This document shows positions 32,613 through 46,899 of a stretch of DNA of 64,000 nucleotides, one piece after another; position 1 is the first letter of the stretch, and each line of letters begins with the position of its first letter. Position numbers and translations under genes: made by a program. The notes beneath the pieces were generated by a model. That model was given only the letters and a program-made list of their open reading frames with translations, was not told the origin of the DNA and made no database searches. Location of the stretch: the NCBI GenBank assembly GCA_964247055.1, contig OZ176053.1, positions 868,001 through 932,000 of the forward strand, read 5' to 3'. Source of the DNA: Paragordius varius. Lineage: Eukaryota > Animalia > Nematomorpha.

Positions 32613-35298
32613 TTTAATTTTATCCTCCAAACCCTTCTCTCTAAATTTGTAGATTTCTTTTATTTTTCTAATTCTGTTTTTTTTGTTCATAATTTTATAC
32701 CATTTTAGAAGACTTCAAAATTTTATTTGTCTGCGAACATTTCAATAGAATCCTAATAATGATTTGTAAAGAAATTAAAGCCTTTTACATTTTCATGGGC
32801 TGGGTTAGGTTAGGTACAGGATTTCTTTATTATTTTTTATAAGTTTTACTTAATCATAAAATTGGAATTTGTCAGCTAATTTTTTGTTTTAATTTAGGAA
32901 GTAGAATTGTTAATCCCTGCTAAATTGTAAAGTAACTGCATAATTTTGAAGAACTGGAAAGCTAATTTATTTGGACGGTGAAAGCTCTTTTCCCAGCATT
33001 ATTCTTATAAGCTATTGAGTAACATTAAATTTGTTTTTAGCCTTTTTACGGTGTTGGATTGAATTTTTTTGGGTCTATTTAATTCAAGGCGAGTTTGTGC
33101 ACTATGGTTAGGTTAGAGTTTCCCGAATTATAAATAAGCCACAAAAACTATAATTATGCTAATTTTATGTTTTTATTCATTCAGAAACAAACACTATTGA
33201 CCGAGAAACAGAAAACAAAACTGGGACAACTACACAAGAAACAAAGCGAACTTACCAGAAGAAACATAAATAATTCATCTAGACAAGAATTAATATGGAA
33301 CAATCAATAATTTAAATATATAAGATTCAATAAATGATAAAAATGTTTTATTTTATCTTTTTTTAAAAAAAATTAAAAAATATCAATAAATATATATAAT
33401 TCCCCCCCCCCCCAAAAGGCGAGAAAAAAAAATTAAAAAATATTCAAAGTCCAAAACTTAATTTTGAGCGACCGGGAGTATGAGTGCTCAAAATGAAATT
33501 TTAGACTTAGGGGCCGACTCTTTCATGGGATAAATAAATCCTCCTTCACACGTTTGGAGAAAACAACTCTCTCAACATATCAAGAGTTGATTTTCCCCAA
33601 AAGAGGAAATGTTGTCCCACGAGAGAGTCTGCCCTGTAGAATGAGAGTTTGTTGCCCATCCAAATCATCCCCGAGTAACACGCAGGTTGTTGCATTGAGG
33701 ACCCTACCAAGGCTCGTTGTCCATCGTGGCTTACAAGCTCCGCAAAGGACGTCTCCCCACTAAGCCAATCCATACCTAAACATTACATTTACCTCGAAAT
33801 ACGTAGCATCCTTTTCACGTTTGGCTCTTGTCCATATATCCTCCCATCGATCGGCCACTTCCAAGTCCCGCGCATTCGATCTTTCCAAGGTTCTGGTCAA
33901 AGCTCCGCAATGAACGCCTTTTTCCCATAGTTTGTGCCAATCAACCTAAATAATACATTTACCTCGTAATAGAAGCATTCGTTTGGCCCTTGCAATCTCT
34001 GGTTTCTAGTCTTCATTCGCGTTCCCATCCCTTTCCGTATGATAAGAAGGCTTAAGTCCTTCAAAAATACGTTTCCAACCATCCTTCTCTTATATATTTA
34101 TTTAAATTGCGATAATAGGCGCTCAAATCACTCAATACATCTATATATTAACTTTTAATTTTCAAGCGTTAACATAAACAAAGTGTGAAATTTATGAAAC
34201 CGAGGGTCATCTTTGAGATTATCTATTTAAATATATTTGATTAAATTCACCAGCTTAATTCCTTTTTATATGCTCTCTATATGTATTTTATCAGCGGAAT
34301 TGGTAAAAATAGCCAAAAATATACATATATGCATTATACTGTAATGCCATTAAATAATTATATTTTAATTTGCACATGGAGCGCATAATTTCATTCAATC
34401 CAGCTGATCACTCTTAGTCTGTAAAACATATCAAGGTGTATCATGAAAGGGTGTAGCATACCCACGTACTGAAATTTTGCCCAGTTGCCAATGATTTAGA
34501 TTTTACCCAAATTGTTATTTGTATCGGAATTAATAGAAAGCTTTTAGAGCGCAGTGATATAAGATACACACACATCTTATGCTATAAAAGTATTTTATTG
34601 GTTTATAATATATCAAAGCTCCTGAAAGACCATAAAAAAGCCAGGCAAGAAACCCAAATACATTTTCGGATTGCAGTCTCTCAATGTGATAAAATGTATT
34701 TAATTTATGTGATATAATTGTAAATATATGCTTAATTTAAAAAATTTATAAACGTGATTTTTTTTACAGTTTGTTAATAAAAAGTTGTATCCATATTCTT
34801 ATTTTAGTTAATATATTATTTATATTTTTGTGTACTATTTTATAAAATGCCTTTATTAATAATTATATTTTAAATGAGTTTGATTGTAAATTTTAAGAAC
34901 CTAATGGTAATATATTATATTTTGGATATTATCATTTGTACAAAATGAAAATACAATTTCTAATAGTATTTTATTACTATCACCAATTTTAAAATTTAAG
35001 TTCATCTATATAAAATAATCACCTCTATTTTGCAAAAACTATAAAAAATATTAATTCTTCAAAAACAAAAAATGGATGACAATGCATTTCTTTATATCTT
35101 AACTTATTTATCATCTCTTGCTTTCATTTTGTGTATATATATAATTTTCCGAAAAAAAGAGATATTATTAAAAATAATAACATTCTATATTTAATTTTTG
35201 GATGACACCAATTATAATTTTTGTATACACGCTTGAAAATCGTGGCGTATTCATTTTAAAGTGTTTCGCAAAAAAGGGAAGGCAGGTAATGTAATGCA

Positions 35299-36537
35299 AT
35301 GAAGTTACAAAAACCGACAATCCTCATATACGGAGACAATGAAAACATAAATGCAAAAATTATTCATGCCTTAGCTATTGTATTTGTGTTTGGTGTGATT
35401 GGTAACATTGTTATATTGGCTATAGTTTTGAGTGAAAAACACGGGACAATAAACGATTCTCGCCGTAAATTCCGCCATTGTATCATCTACATTGCAAGTT
35501 TATCCATCACACTTTTTTGTTTTATGCTCACTTGGGTGAATCACGATATGAAAAGACCGCAAAAAACGCATTCCCTCAGATCGGCATATTGGTTTGCTCA
35601 TGTGGATTGGTTTGTGGAGGACATTCTACTAACCATTATAAATTATGTGTTATGTTACATGGCAATAGATCGAATGTTGGCTACGGTTAAGCCGGTGTTT
35701 TATCTCAATTACATGACCCTAAAAACGTTAAATATTGTCATTGCTTGCATATTTGTCGGGAGTGTCACCATGTCGATTCCTCTCATTTTTTATTACCAAG
35801 TTTTTCGAATCTTCATAAGTCCTGTAACACTCCGCATTGAATACTTGGTAGGTTTAAGTCCCAAAGTATGGACATCAGCCCAATCGAAAACTGTAATGTC
35901 TCTCCTACCAAAGGGTCCGGAAACAGCATTTTATTTTTCTAATGATTTCTTCACGAATGCCACAACAATGAACAATCAAAGCAGCGTTCATTATATTACA
36001 CAATACATGGTGCTCGCTAACAATAACGTAGCTAACTTTTCCCTTGTGTACGATCGCTGGTCTGGCGTCATAAATGATTTAGTTCCTACTCTTATATTAA
36101 TCACATGTAATTTAGTTACACTTTTTGGCTTGTGTCGTCGATTTAGGAGACAAAAAAACCGTATACTAGCTTCAGGCATGGTACCTAATCAACAACACAG
36201 CATTATTATAATTAACGTGGGCAATTCACCAACTTCGATGGAGACCGCACAAGATAACACAACTGAAAGCAAAATTCAATCAATCCGCACTAAAAACCGA
36301 GATTTAACTCTAATGACCCTAGTTTTAAGTCTGACTGCCCTTGTATTTTCAACACCATGGACCATTTACGTATTCATGAAGGATAAGGCTTGGACCGACG
36401 GGCTTATAGATGAACGTCCCTACCTGCAATTCCTAGTTTATGTAATGTTATATGGTCAATACAGTATCTATCCCTACATTATTATATCAACTACACCCCA
36501 TTTCAGGCATAAGATTGCACAAACGCTACATATATAA
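35299..36537 (+). CDS. Intronless orphan class A 7TM receptor, paralogue 2 (412 aa)
   Basis: Same motifs as 15286-16524; 10 amino-acid differences and an intact ORF. Confidence 0.88.
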   Translation: MKLQKPTILIYGDNENINAKIIHALAIVFVFGVIGNIVILAIVLSEKHGTINDSRRKFRHCIIYIASLSITLFCFMLTWVNHDMKRPQKTHSLRSAYWFAHVDWFVEDILLTIINYVLCYMAIDRMLATVKPVFYLNYMTLKTLNIVIACIFVGSVTMSIPLIFYYQVFRIFISPVTLRIEYLVGLSPKVWTSAQSKTVMSLLPKGPETAFYFSNDFFTNATTMNNQSSVHYITQYMVLANNNVANFSLVYDRWSGVINDLVPTLILITCNLVTLFGLCRRFRRQKNRILASGMVPNQQHSIIIINVGNSPTSMETAQDNTTESKIQSIRTKNRDLTLMTLVLSLTALVFSTPWTIYVFMKDKAWTDGLIDERPYLQFLVYVMLYGQYSIYPYIIISTTPHFRHKIAQTLHI

Positions 36538-37035
36538 CGTAAATCATACGGACAAAACGTAAAATGTAAAAGACAAATGTTTTTTTTAAACAAAACAACC
36601 TCACTGTTTTAATCCTTGTTTTTCTACATAACCTAATTGATGATAATTGTAAAATTTACATCTTGCCGCCCAAAAAAGTTTTTTTTTATAAAATATGGTT
36701 TAAAAAAGTATGGATGTTTTTATAAAAAATTATCTTTAAAATTTCGATTAATCGAAAAATAGCGAACCAAGATAATAAATATGGTTTTTAAATCATGTAA
36801 TAATTCTGTAATTTTTTACAAGTTTTGCTAATTATTTGCAAAACACTGCACAAAAAAACTAATATATAAGACACATCAGACATTTATGGTTCTACACAAT
36901 TTCTAAAATTTATTCGGTATTTTTAAAAATCTACTGTTTTTGGTAATTTTAAATTTTTTCATAAGCATTTAACAAAGTTGAAGCGTTGAAAGTTGGATGA
37001 AAGTTAAATAATTACATAATATCTTGAAAAAAAAA

Positions 37036-40000
37036 TCATTTCCTAAAATATGACAAGGTGTATCTCACGGTGACAGGAAATTGACTGTAAAGTCTTTTAA
37101 CCTAAATATATAGCATATATTAATATTAAATATTCAGTTTTTATTAATTTTTTGTTATATATAAGAAAATAATTTACTCCAATTTTAAGTGGTTTCGTTA
37201 AAAGATTAGCGGTTACAGAAAACATATCATTCCCGTAAGCATAAATAACTTCACCCTTGAAACCGGGTTGAATAGGTTTCCCATCAAACTCAATATCTAC
37301 ATAAATGATAAAATAAATACAGTAAAAATTGAAATTATAATATGGACAAAATGTAACAATATAAAGACAAATATTTTTTTTCTAAAAGACAACCATACTT
37401 TTTAATACCTTAATTTTTTATTTAAAATATATAATTACCACTGTAAAATATATAATTAAACCAAAATACATCTCAAATCAAATTTAAACCATAATATAAA
37501 TTTAAAAAAACAAGTCCTTGAAAAATATATTTGTTTTATAATTTTTGCGTTTTGTTTGTATATTCCTATTTTTACTGTATTTGTGGCAAATTTAGATAAT
37601 CATTTAAAGCACATTAAGGTTCTTTAAGTTTTTTATCATTTTATTTTAATCGAATGTTAGTTTAGCATATCTTATATTTTTGAACAGTAAATAGAGATAT
37701 TTTTAAAATTTGCCTTAACAATTTGCGACAATTTTCTGGCTTAGAGTGAATTTAAATATAAATATATCAAAAGTATACCTATTTTTTAATTTAATTTTTT
37801 TCTAAATTCGAGGTAAAGAAGTATGGCCGCTCTTACTCGTTATGATTTGTCTTTTTACCTTTAATTTTTACTGTAAATTATAGCTTGTCAGCTGTTTATA
37901 GCAGAGATGGTCAAAACAATTGGCTTTGATGGGCCGCATTTTTTGATTATATCTGGGCATTTATTATATATTTTATTGAATTTCAAACATAAAAGTATAG
38001 GAAAAACAAAATTTTTATAGTTAGTTGCTGATTGGAAAAACATATTTAGATTTTGTAAAAAAAATTTTTTTTTACTAATTACGATATTTTTGTTAAACAT
38101 CCTATTTGCAATACCCTTATCCTTACAAGTTTAAACTTGAACAAGTCAACAATTAAGATTAAATTTATACAATTAAATAAATAACATAATTATCATATCT
38201 TATACGGGGATAGTATTTGGGAATTTCTCCAAAGCTATCTTGATGTTTTTCAGCAGGAGCATGCCACGATATAAAGGAATCTCCTGGTTTAAGTTCTGCC
38301 AATATCTTTACCACTTCTAAAAATACATTATAAAAATTGAGATATTATACAGACAAAACGTAAAAACTAAAAAGCAACCACAGTTGTCAAACCTTGATTC
38401 TATTAAATATATGTCAAATAGATAGAAATGTCTCTCATTTGTACATGTGAGAAAGATCAAAATTCACAAAAGTATGATTGCCTTTTGTTTTTTAAAAAAA
38501 TATGGTTTTTTTAGATTTTAAATTTATATGTGTCTAATTTCAATTTTTACTGTAAAATAGTATACAGTCACAAATCGGGATATACGCCGTAAAGCCAATT
38601 AAAAAGTAATTTACAAATTTAAAGATGAGAAACACCCTAATTCCATGTCTTATTGGGCAGGGAAGGTTAAAGTTTTCATTCTTATGGTAAAGCAATTTAA
38701 GTCTAAACAAAAGAGTCAAAAATCAAAATTTTTTATAAATTTATTTATAAAAACAAGGTATGAAAACGTGAAAAAAAAGTTTCTACTATAAAAGACCATA
38801 TTATTACTAAAATATGATTTTTTTCAACAGATTTTTAAAATATAACCTTTTCTTTTATGGTACTAACTAATGAAAAAACATGTAGAATGGTAACAAACTC
38901 AATTTAAAAATTCACGTCATCTTATAGGTTGTGGTTATAATGAACAAGGTATCTATCTATCTTAAAAGAAATTTTTGTTTTTCTTTATAAGGAATACTTG
39001 TGTCTGATTTCTCTAAAACAAGCTCTTCCGTAACTTGAACTTTTTGACAAGTGTCGTTTTTTCCCCCACAAACACCACACCCATCTACTACCAATTCCGA
39101 AAATAATTGGTCATCGCATCCAATACTCTAAAACATATTTTTAGTATATCACACAGTAAAAGACAAAAATTATACAGACAATATGCAAAATATATATTTT
39201 TTGAATTCCAACCTTGATTTTTTTCTTCTAAATTACAGTAAGAATCGAAATTATATGGACAAAAGGTAAAAACATTAAGACAAATCTTTTTTCAGACGAC
39301 AATAACCAAACTTTTTTAACCTTGTTTTTTTTTATTTAAATTTTTTAATTACAATAATATGTAATTGATTGTGTTGGCAATTTACATTCTATATCCTACT
39401 ATTTGGACTACTCATATAAGGTATCTAGGGACCCCAGACATATTTAAGTTAATATTTCAAAATTTACTGAAAGATACGGTTCTAATTTAAATTTATACGT
39501 CTATCCTAATATAAATTATATAAAAACACCAAAATATTTAAAAAATTTAGTTTTAAATAGAGTTCCATATCAAACTACTTCAGCACCATTTTTATTTTAT
39601 AACACTTTGCAGAATATCGTGTAAAATAAGTAATATCACGTTTTTTTTAATTGAATCGTTTTATATATTTAGAAGCCTTCATCTTATATAAGTGCAAACT
39701 TTTGCAATTTTTTAAATTTGCTCCATATTAGAAATATTTGCTTTTAAACAGACCTGGGTCCCCCAATTCGAATCGGATGACTGAAATGAATCTGTTGTAT
39801 CCAAGTGTTAAATAATGAGTTTTATAAAAAAACATCAAGTGTTTAAAAAGTATAGCAGCAGTCTTTTAAATAAAATATTTGTCTTTATGGTTTTACGTTT
39901 CGTCTGTATAAAATTCCAATTTTTAATTTTGCGTAAATTTTAATACACTAAATTTTATACAATTGGCTGGCCATTTAAACAAATATATCGTCGATTATTT

Positions 40001-42171
40001 TCCTGCAAAAAGGTCCCATCCGAAGCCATTCTTTCGTACAAAACTTCATTTTGATAATTTTCACAGTAAACCATACATTGTGTCGAACCTAAAAAGTGTA
40101 TAAATTAATGGTTTATATTATATGATAAAAAAATGTTTTGAGACAACAATATAAAACTATATATATTTTGAGTGATGTTTCAAATAAAATGTCTTTAAAC
40201 AAAGGAGAATTTTTACAAGATACAAACGTAAAAATAGGTTTCCATTGTCAGTTAATTTATACATTGAAAAAGACATTGTTTAAATCTAAGTTTAAGTTTT
40301 GATTTTCCATTTCATACAAATAAACTCTGAATATCATTTAAAGCATATCACAGATATTTTGAAGATAATTTCATATTAAATTAATTTTTTTATAAAATTC
40401 ACCTTTGTAATTTAGAGTTCTTACCACAAATGCAGTTGTGTTAAAATAATAAATTAAATTTAAATAAATTTTAATGCCCTTACGCACATATTTACGACCA
40501 GAAAAATATCTAACCTTACATAAAATCAAAACCAGTTTCGGTTCTGATAATAAATTTACAATTATCAAAAAAAATAATTTAAACTAAATAAAGTTACGAT
40601 TACTTTTAGGATCATATCTTATCTTTTGGTTTTGACGACATATTTCATCCATTGACAAATCGCGCGTCTAAAAAGGAAATAAGAAATTATCCACCAAAAA
40701 ATTACAATATATTGTAATAAAATATTGAATTAAACTTTTGGATTCTTGCAGAGTTTGGTTTGGATACCGTTTCCAATGCAAGGATGTACTCCGTATGTGC
40801 TAAAATAATAAACATATTCCAATAAAAATTGAATGTATACAGACAAAAATTTAAATGTTAACGACAAACTACTTTTTTAAAAAAGCAACCATACTTTTTA
40901 AAACCATATATTTTTGAAAAAACTAGAATTGAAAAACATATAATTAATGTCATATTTGATAAAAAGTTGAAAAAGTAGAGCGCTTTTTAGAAAAAATAAT
41001 TGTCTTTATAATTTTACGTTATGTCGTATAATTTCATTTTTATACTATACATTTACCAATATAATTACTATTGATATAAAAATGTTACATTTAATACTAA
41101 TACGCTGAGACAAAAATATCAGATTATAATTATTTAAAATAAATATAATTTTGCAAAATATTAGGTCTATAGTAATATAAAGGTTTAATAATTTACTCTG
41201 CTATACAATTCCTCGTTCTCTCAGTAATGCCATATTGAGTGTCGCCTTTGCAAGGGGTCCATTCACTCCAATTATCCCCACCAACTAGATTTTAGGTTTC
41301 TCAATTGTTAAGAGTCATACATTTCCCCTTTACGCAAACCTATTCAAAAAAATAATGTTAAAATTAAGGATGACAGTAAAATTTATTTTCGAAATGACAA
41401 ACCATACTTTTTAACCTTAATTTTACGTAAATAAACTAGTTAATTAGATTAAACTATTTTGAAACACAAAATGCAGGATATGAAAGTTTATTAATATAAT
41501 TTTCTTTTAGAAAAAAAATGTCTTTAAGTTTTCATTGTGCAATATAAGCGTTAGCATGTCGTCTAAATCAGTAAAATTATATGTCACATAAAATGATATT
41601 TTAACATGTTTTACACAAAAAAAATAAAAATTTACACACACTTTTCAATATTGATTTTCTAAATTATATGGATATGATTGATTCTTTCTTAGTATGCTTG
41701 CCATAAAAATTGGCTCATGTTATATATAAATAGTTGAAACTATGCTTTTTGTAATGTTACATTTTCAAAACATTATTATGCATTTTTGTAAAAAATATAG
41801 ACATGTCTTATTTCCAATTATAGAATTCGCTTTTGATAAGCAATTTTAACAAGGTCAATTTATACATAATTATATAATCGCAACGTAAAAAGACCAATTT
41901 ACATCTCTTCTTCATACTTTGCAATTTAAAAGAGTTATATTTAAAAAAATCAAGTTTATTTTTGAAAAAATGCTTGCCATATTGATTTTACATTTGTCAG
42001 TTTTCTTTTAATTTTCATGTTTTGTCCGCATAATCGCCAGTTTTAATATAAAATCTATTTAAAAGCCTTACAAATGTCCAAACTCATGTGGTATGGTTGT
42101 AGCGGTATTGAATATATTAACATGTATGATGGTAAAACTTTCCGTTCACATTCTTTCAAGTTCTGTAACGC
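37036..42171 (-). pseudogene. ADAMTS-type gene copy 2, disrupted in both the catalytic and the TSP1 exon
   Basis: Exons 42171-42072 (GVTELERM*TESF..IPHEFGH, TGA at 42148-42146), 41339-41197 (1-nt deletion gives TGA at 41303-41301, then a 4-nt insertion), 40799-40736, 40667-40604, 40088-39961, 39127-38998, 38316-38206, 37296-37178, 37101-37036. Confidence 0.8.
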
Positions 42172-43015
42172 CTTAAAATGATTTTATACATATAAATTGA
42201 TTATATGATATGGAAGTTTTATAATAATAAATAAAAACAAGAAAATAAAATATATCTGTTCATAAGCGATATCAGCCAAAAATATATAATCAATATACCA
42301 AGAGCATTTAAAAAAATATTTTTTAAAAAAATTAAAGATTATAACCATTCTGCTAAAATCCAGGAATTGTCCAAGAATGCTGCCAGACGCCTTTTTCGAA
42401 TTTATGTATGTGTGAATACCATCTGGCATAAAAAATACAACTTTAGGTGGGCGAGAATTTCGATATCTTTAAAATAAATGTAATCCCATCTACCTAATTA
42501 TAACCCGCACACTCGATGCCTTTATTTTATATATTCATAAATGAGAATTAGAGATATTATAGTGGTATGATTTTATATTATTAGCAAGTAATGTTGTTGC
42601 CGAATAGGTTAGTACATATCTTGGTTTAGAAAATATATTTCCCATATAGAATGCAATTTTATAAATTATAAATAATTAATATAAAATATGGCAATAACTG
42701 ACAGTGCTTATTGCCAGTAATTTTCCAACATTTTGAAAAATATAACGATTGTGTAATTTATTAGTAAATTAGTACCTATGTTTATCTGTCCTGAAACTAG
42801 GTAAATTTTATTATAAATATTTAAAAAAATAGGCTCTGAGTCTCCTAGGAAGTCTTGAGGATTTCTTTCCACATAAGCCTTAAAATATTTACCAGGGAAT
42901 CATGATGTTTGTTTTTCTTATGTAAATATGAATTGCGAGGATTAAATATAAGATTTATAAATACCGCATCTTAATAAGTTTTTGATTTAATGCCAAAACA
43001 TATGAATACCTTAAA

Positions 43016-43380
43016 TCTGGACTTAATTGTAATTCCCGACCCCATTTATGCGAGTTTCCGACCCCAACAAATTTAAAAGACAAATAAATTAATATTTTTT
43101 GATGATATATTCATTAGATAACAATATACATATGCATGAGAAAGCGTTTTAAAACATATAAAAATCTAAAATTGAAATTGGCACAAAATGTTATGGAAAT
43201 GTTTTTTTATAGTTTCAAAAACAAAATAGTGGATTTTGGCGGTCTTAATTGTCTCAATGTATCCAAGTAGTTGCGTGGTATAAGATTACAAACTAAAAAA
43301 CATTTTTTATTGCATTGCATTTTTACCATTCGCGACCCCAAATGGTGTCGCGACCCGTAGTTTAAGAAGCTTTGCCTCAT
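43016..43380. mobile_element. ~365-bp insertion private to duplication copy 2, with a hAT-MITE-like right end
   Basis: Absent from the paralogous site (~23590); ends CGCGACCCCAAATGGTGTCGCGACCCGTAGTTTAAGAAGC (43331-43370), resembling hAT/Charlie-type sub-terminal motifs. No clear 8-bp TSD seen. Confidence 0.5.
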
Positions 43381-44343
43381 ACATATATCTTAACTGATAA
43401 AATTAAGTGATGTGTCGATTTTTATAATAATTAAACTTGAAGAGATGTTTAGTTGTTAAAAGTTACTAAGAAGACGCAATTAAATTTTTGCTTCAATATT
43501 CAATAGAATTTATAAATAGCCAAAAGCTTTATACCAAACTATTTCGACTCCAATTTTATTTTATAAGATTTTTGCAGAACATTGTGTTTTTTTAACGCTA
43601 AATTTAAAATTTATTTGTTGTCAAAATGATATCTAAAATTAAAAACAGAAAGGTGGTTTTTGGATTATTTTGATATTTAGCTAATGGACACATGTCATGA
43701 TAGCCAAATTTTTATCTTGAGGCTTTTATATAAAATAGGCAATATCAAGTTATTTCATATATAGCTTTTTTCATTTTGCTTCATAGTTATAATAAACCTT
43801 TGCAGTAGTTTTGATTTGTTCTATATTTTAAAAAATATTGGATTTAAACCACTACTACTTACTAATTTAATATATTAATAAAATTGTATTGTATCCAAGG
43901 CTTAAATCATTAAAATATGTCATTTAATAAATTTTCAATGTAACAAAGTGGTGATAAGCATATTTTGAAAACATAAGTGATCTAGTTTGGAATAAACATC
44001 CTTAAAATGATTTGCAAATAAATGGTTAATTAATCTCAGCATTAATCATATAAAGCAGAAAACTCAGATAACTGAAAGCCATTAATTTTTAACCTTCTAC
44101 AAAATTGTAATAAAATTCATAAAAATATTTAAATCCTAAACTATTTGGTAAAGGTTTGAGATTGGATAATATCTATCTAGAAATATTTAATGTTTATAAA
44201 TCCATTTAGTCCAAGTTATTAAAATATTTACCTAATATCTAATATTAGTCCCATCACATAACTATAATATTAAAAAAAAGTTTAGTATTAAGTAATTATT
44301 TTTCATAAATACAAAGCCTAATATTTTTAAAATTTATAACAGG

Positions 44344-44460
44344 AAATGCGTGGGTCTCGGCCTGCTTCGCAGCCCGAGGAAGTCCTGCGGACTTCTTTAA
44401 GGAAATGAACCAACTCCAATCCCTCACCCTAACCCTAGCCCACAAACTCGAAAACCTTAA
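44344..44460. repeat. ~115-bp GC-rich dispersed element, copy B
   Basis: TGCGTGGGTCTCGGCCTGCTTCGCAGCCCGAGGAAGTCCTGCGGACTTC..CCCTCACCCTAACCCTAGCCC. Confidence 0.9.
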
Positions 44461-46899
44461 AATATATCCTTTAAAATTTGATTAAAATAATTAACATTTT
44501 TCACTTAAACTATTTATTATTTATATTTGCTCTTTAAAAAAGATATTTTACAGCTTTCTAAAAACGACTGGTACCGATATAAATGACTATTTATCAAAAA
44601 TAAAACGTATTAATGAGAAGATCCAATTTTAATTATAAATTGTTTAACCTATTGTCATGTGGTAAATCCCCATTACTAGATTCTTAACCAATTTCTTAAT
44701 ATAAAAATTTCAATATTTATTAGGGCGGCTGCAACAGAAAAATATTTTCGATTTAATAATTAGAATCATTGCTTTTAAGTCTTAAGAATATTTTATAGAT
44801 AATGAATTAGATTTTAAATATTTTCACAATTGAAAATGAATTAATTTATGTCGGGAAAACAAACCTGATATATGTATTGCTCTACACTAAAAAAGTATAA
44901 AATCAATGTTTAATTAATGTTCTCTCCTAAAACCTTATTTATCAATTTTCAGTTCGTTTTAAAACTAACCTAATATATGATTGATTCCCATTTAAAAATT
45001 AATATTTATTAGTATGGACAGATTGAGATACATTATGGAAATAAGCACCTTTAAATAATTTTCACCTACACATTTAAATAATTATTATGTGTGATTGATC
45101 TTAATTTGTATTGGGAAAAGCTTACATTTTATTGTTAGATAATAAATGAATAGTTATATGATTTTAGCATTTAGTATAGATTAGATGACTGCTGGACTAT
45201 TATCTTTTAAAATTTTATTAATAAGTAATATGATTATTAATAATTTTATTGAATAATTATATTTAGCATTATATACTATTCAAAGCTTTGGATCAAGAAA
45301 AAAATTAACCTAAAAATTGTACCTTAAATATATAAACCTCATCTATAAAATATTTTAGACAATTAATAAATATTAACAAATTTAATTGTAAAAATCACTT
45401 ATATTACCTATATCATTAACTTGATTTTTAAATTTTAGATAAATTTAAATTATAGGCATAACATTTATATATTTTATGAATAATATTTTTTAAATAATTT
45501 ATTTTTAGATATGCCATATTTTTTTAACATAATTTTCTGCGTATTTCACTTTTAATCTTTATAGGCGCCAGCAAGTAAAAGAATGTTGTAATAAAATATA
45601 TTCTTATATAATGTTATATATGCACATGAGAACAAAAAGGAAAACATTATGTGTGCGATCGAGCAGGGCGCCCAAACAAACAAGCGAATAATAAGAGAAG
45701 AGAGGGAAAAGCAAAAACAAACAAACAGACGGATTTTTCTAGAAGGGGGGAGAAAAGGCGCAAATGCGCACTTTATTTTGATTGGTGGAGAGGGAACGCA
45801 CGTGTGCCCTCTCATATATATACAACGAAAAATTTAATAATTTTCATTTTTTATTTTTTTTTTAAAAATATTTTTTGGATACTTTGTGCGTGCATGCATG
45901 TTCCCTTTCCATGTCTTGTTCCGGTTACCATTTTGTTAACATGATGATGTGATCTGTGTTAATCAATTCTCAACATCAACAAATCAAGTAAATTATTATA
46001 TTTTAATTTAAAAGGAATTGTTAATTGTCAAAACAAGAGGATGTTCAAGCAAAACCTGTAAACAACCATTTCTTATGGTAAAAATCTCACAAATTAAAAC
46101 AAACCACACATTGTATTGGAATGCTATGGTTGAGATTGCTAAAACGAAATGAGAAATAGCTTAATACAATGCTTCTCTTATGATTTATGTAAGTTTTGCA
46201 TGTTTATATACATTGTGATTAAAATAACACTACTTTTGGTGATAAAATACTGGGAGATACGATTTACACTAAAAACCACTAGTAGTTATTGCATTAATTT
46301 ATTTTTGACTTTTTCTTGCTATTTTCTATCTGTTTTCAGTTAATTTTATGCGGCCAATTTAAACAAAACCTACCATCTCTATGTGTTGTAAATGTACTTT
46401 ATATTATATGTTGTTTGAAGAAACGAAGAAATAAATTGAATAATATATATTTAATTATATATTGTTAACAAAGTATGTGTAGCTACTCTATTAAATTACT
46501 ATAATTTTAAATAATTATTTTTTAGTATGTGTAGCTACTCTATTAAATTACTATAATTTTAAATAATTATTTTTTATTTGGGAGGTGTAGTACTTGTTAT
46601 TCCCTCTCAAATTCAACCGATTTTCTGCAATTCAAAACAAAACGCATCTATATATCTAATAAATCACAGCAATTTGCAATTTTGGTGTATGGTTTTTCAT
46701 TTCATTCTTCGACAATTAACTGAATATCTCAAATTCTTATTTTTTTAAAAATAATTTTTATAAGAAAGCTAAAATCGTAAAAGGCGTAAGAAATGTATCC
46801 GAAATTTTTTTAAACCAAAAACTGTTGAAATATCACTATATTAAAATATTTTTTAAAAAACGCTTTTTTATCAAAAAATCATTTAAATTAAGGTTTAGT

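Noticed and set aside
30723-33310. Possible plus-strand exons (30723-30795 LPLIRAKTKTKRIEELNIELSQR; 33185-33310 KQTLLTEKQKTKLGQLHKKQSEL..)
   Set aside because: Each has a plausible acceptor and looks coding, but they could not be joined in phase and match no family I recognise; left unresolved.
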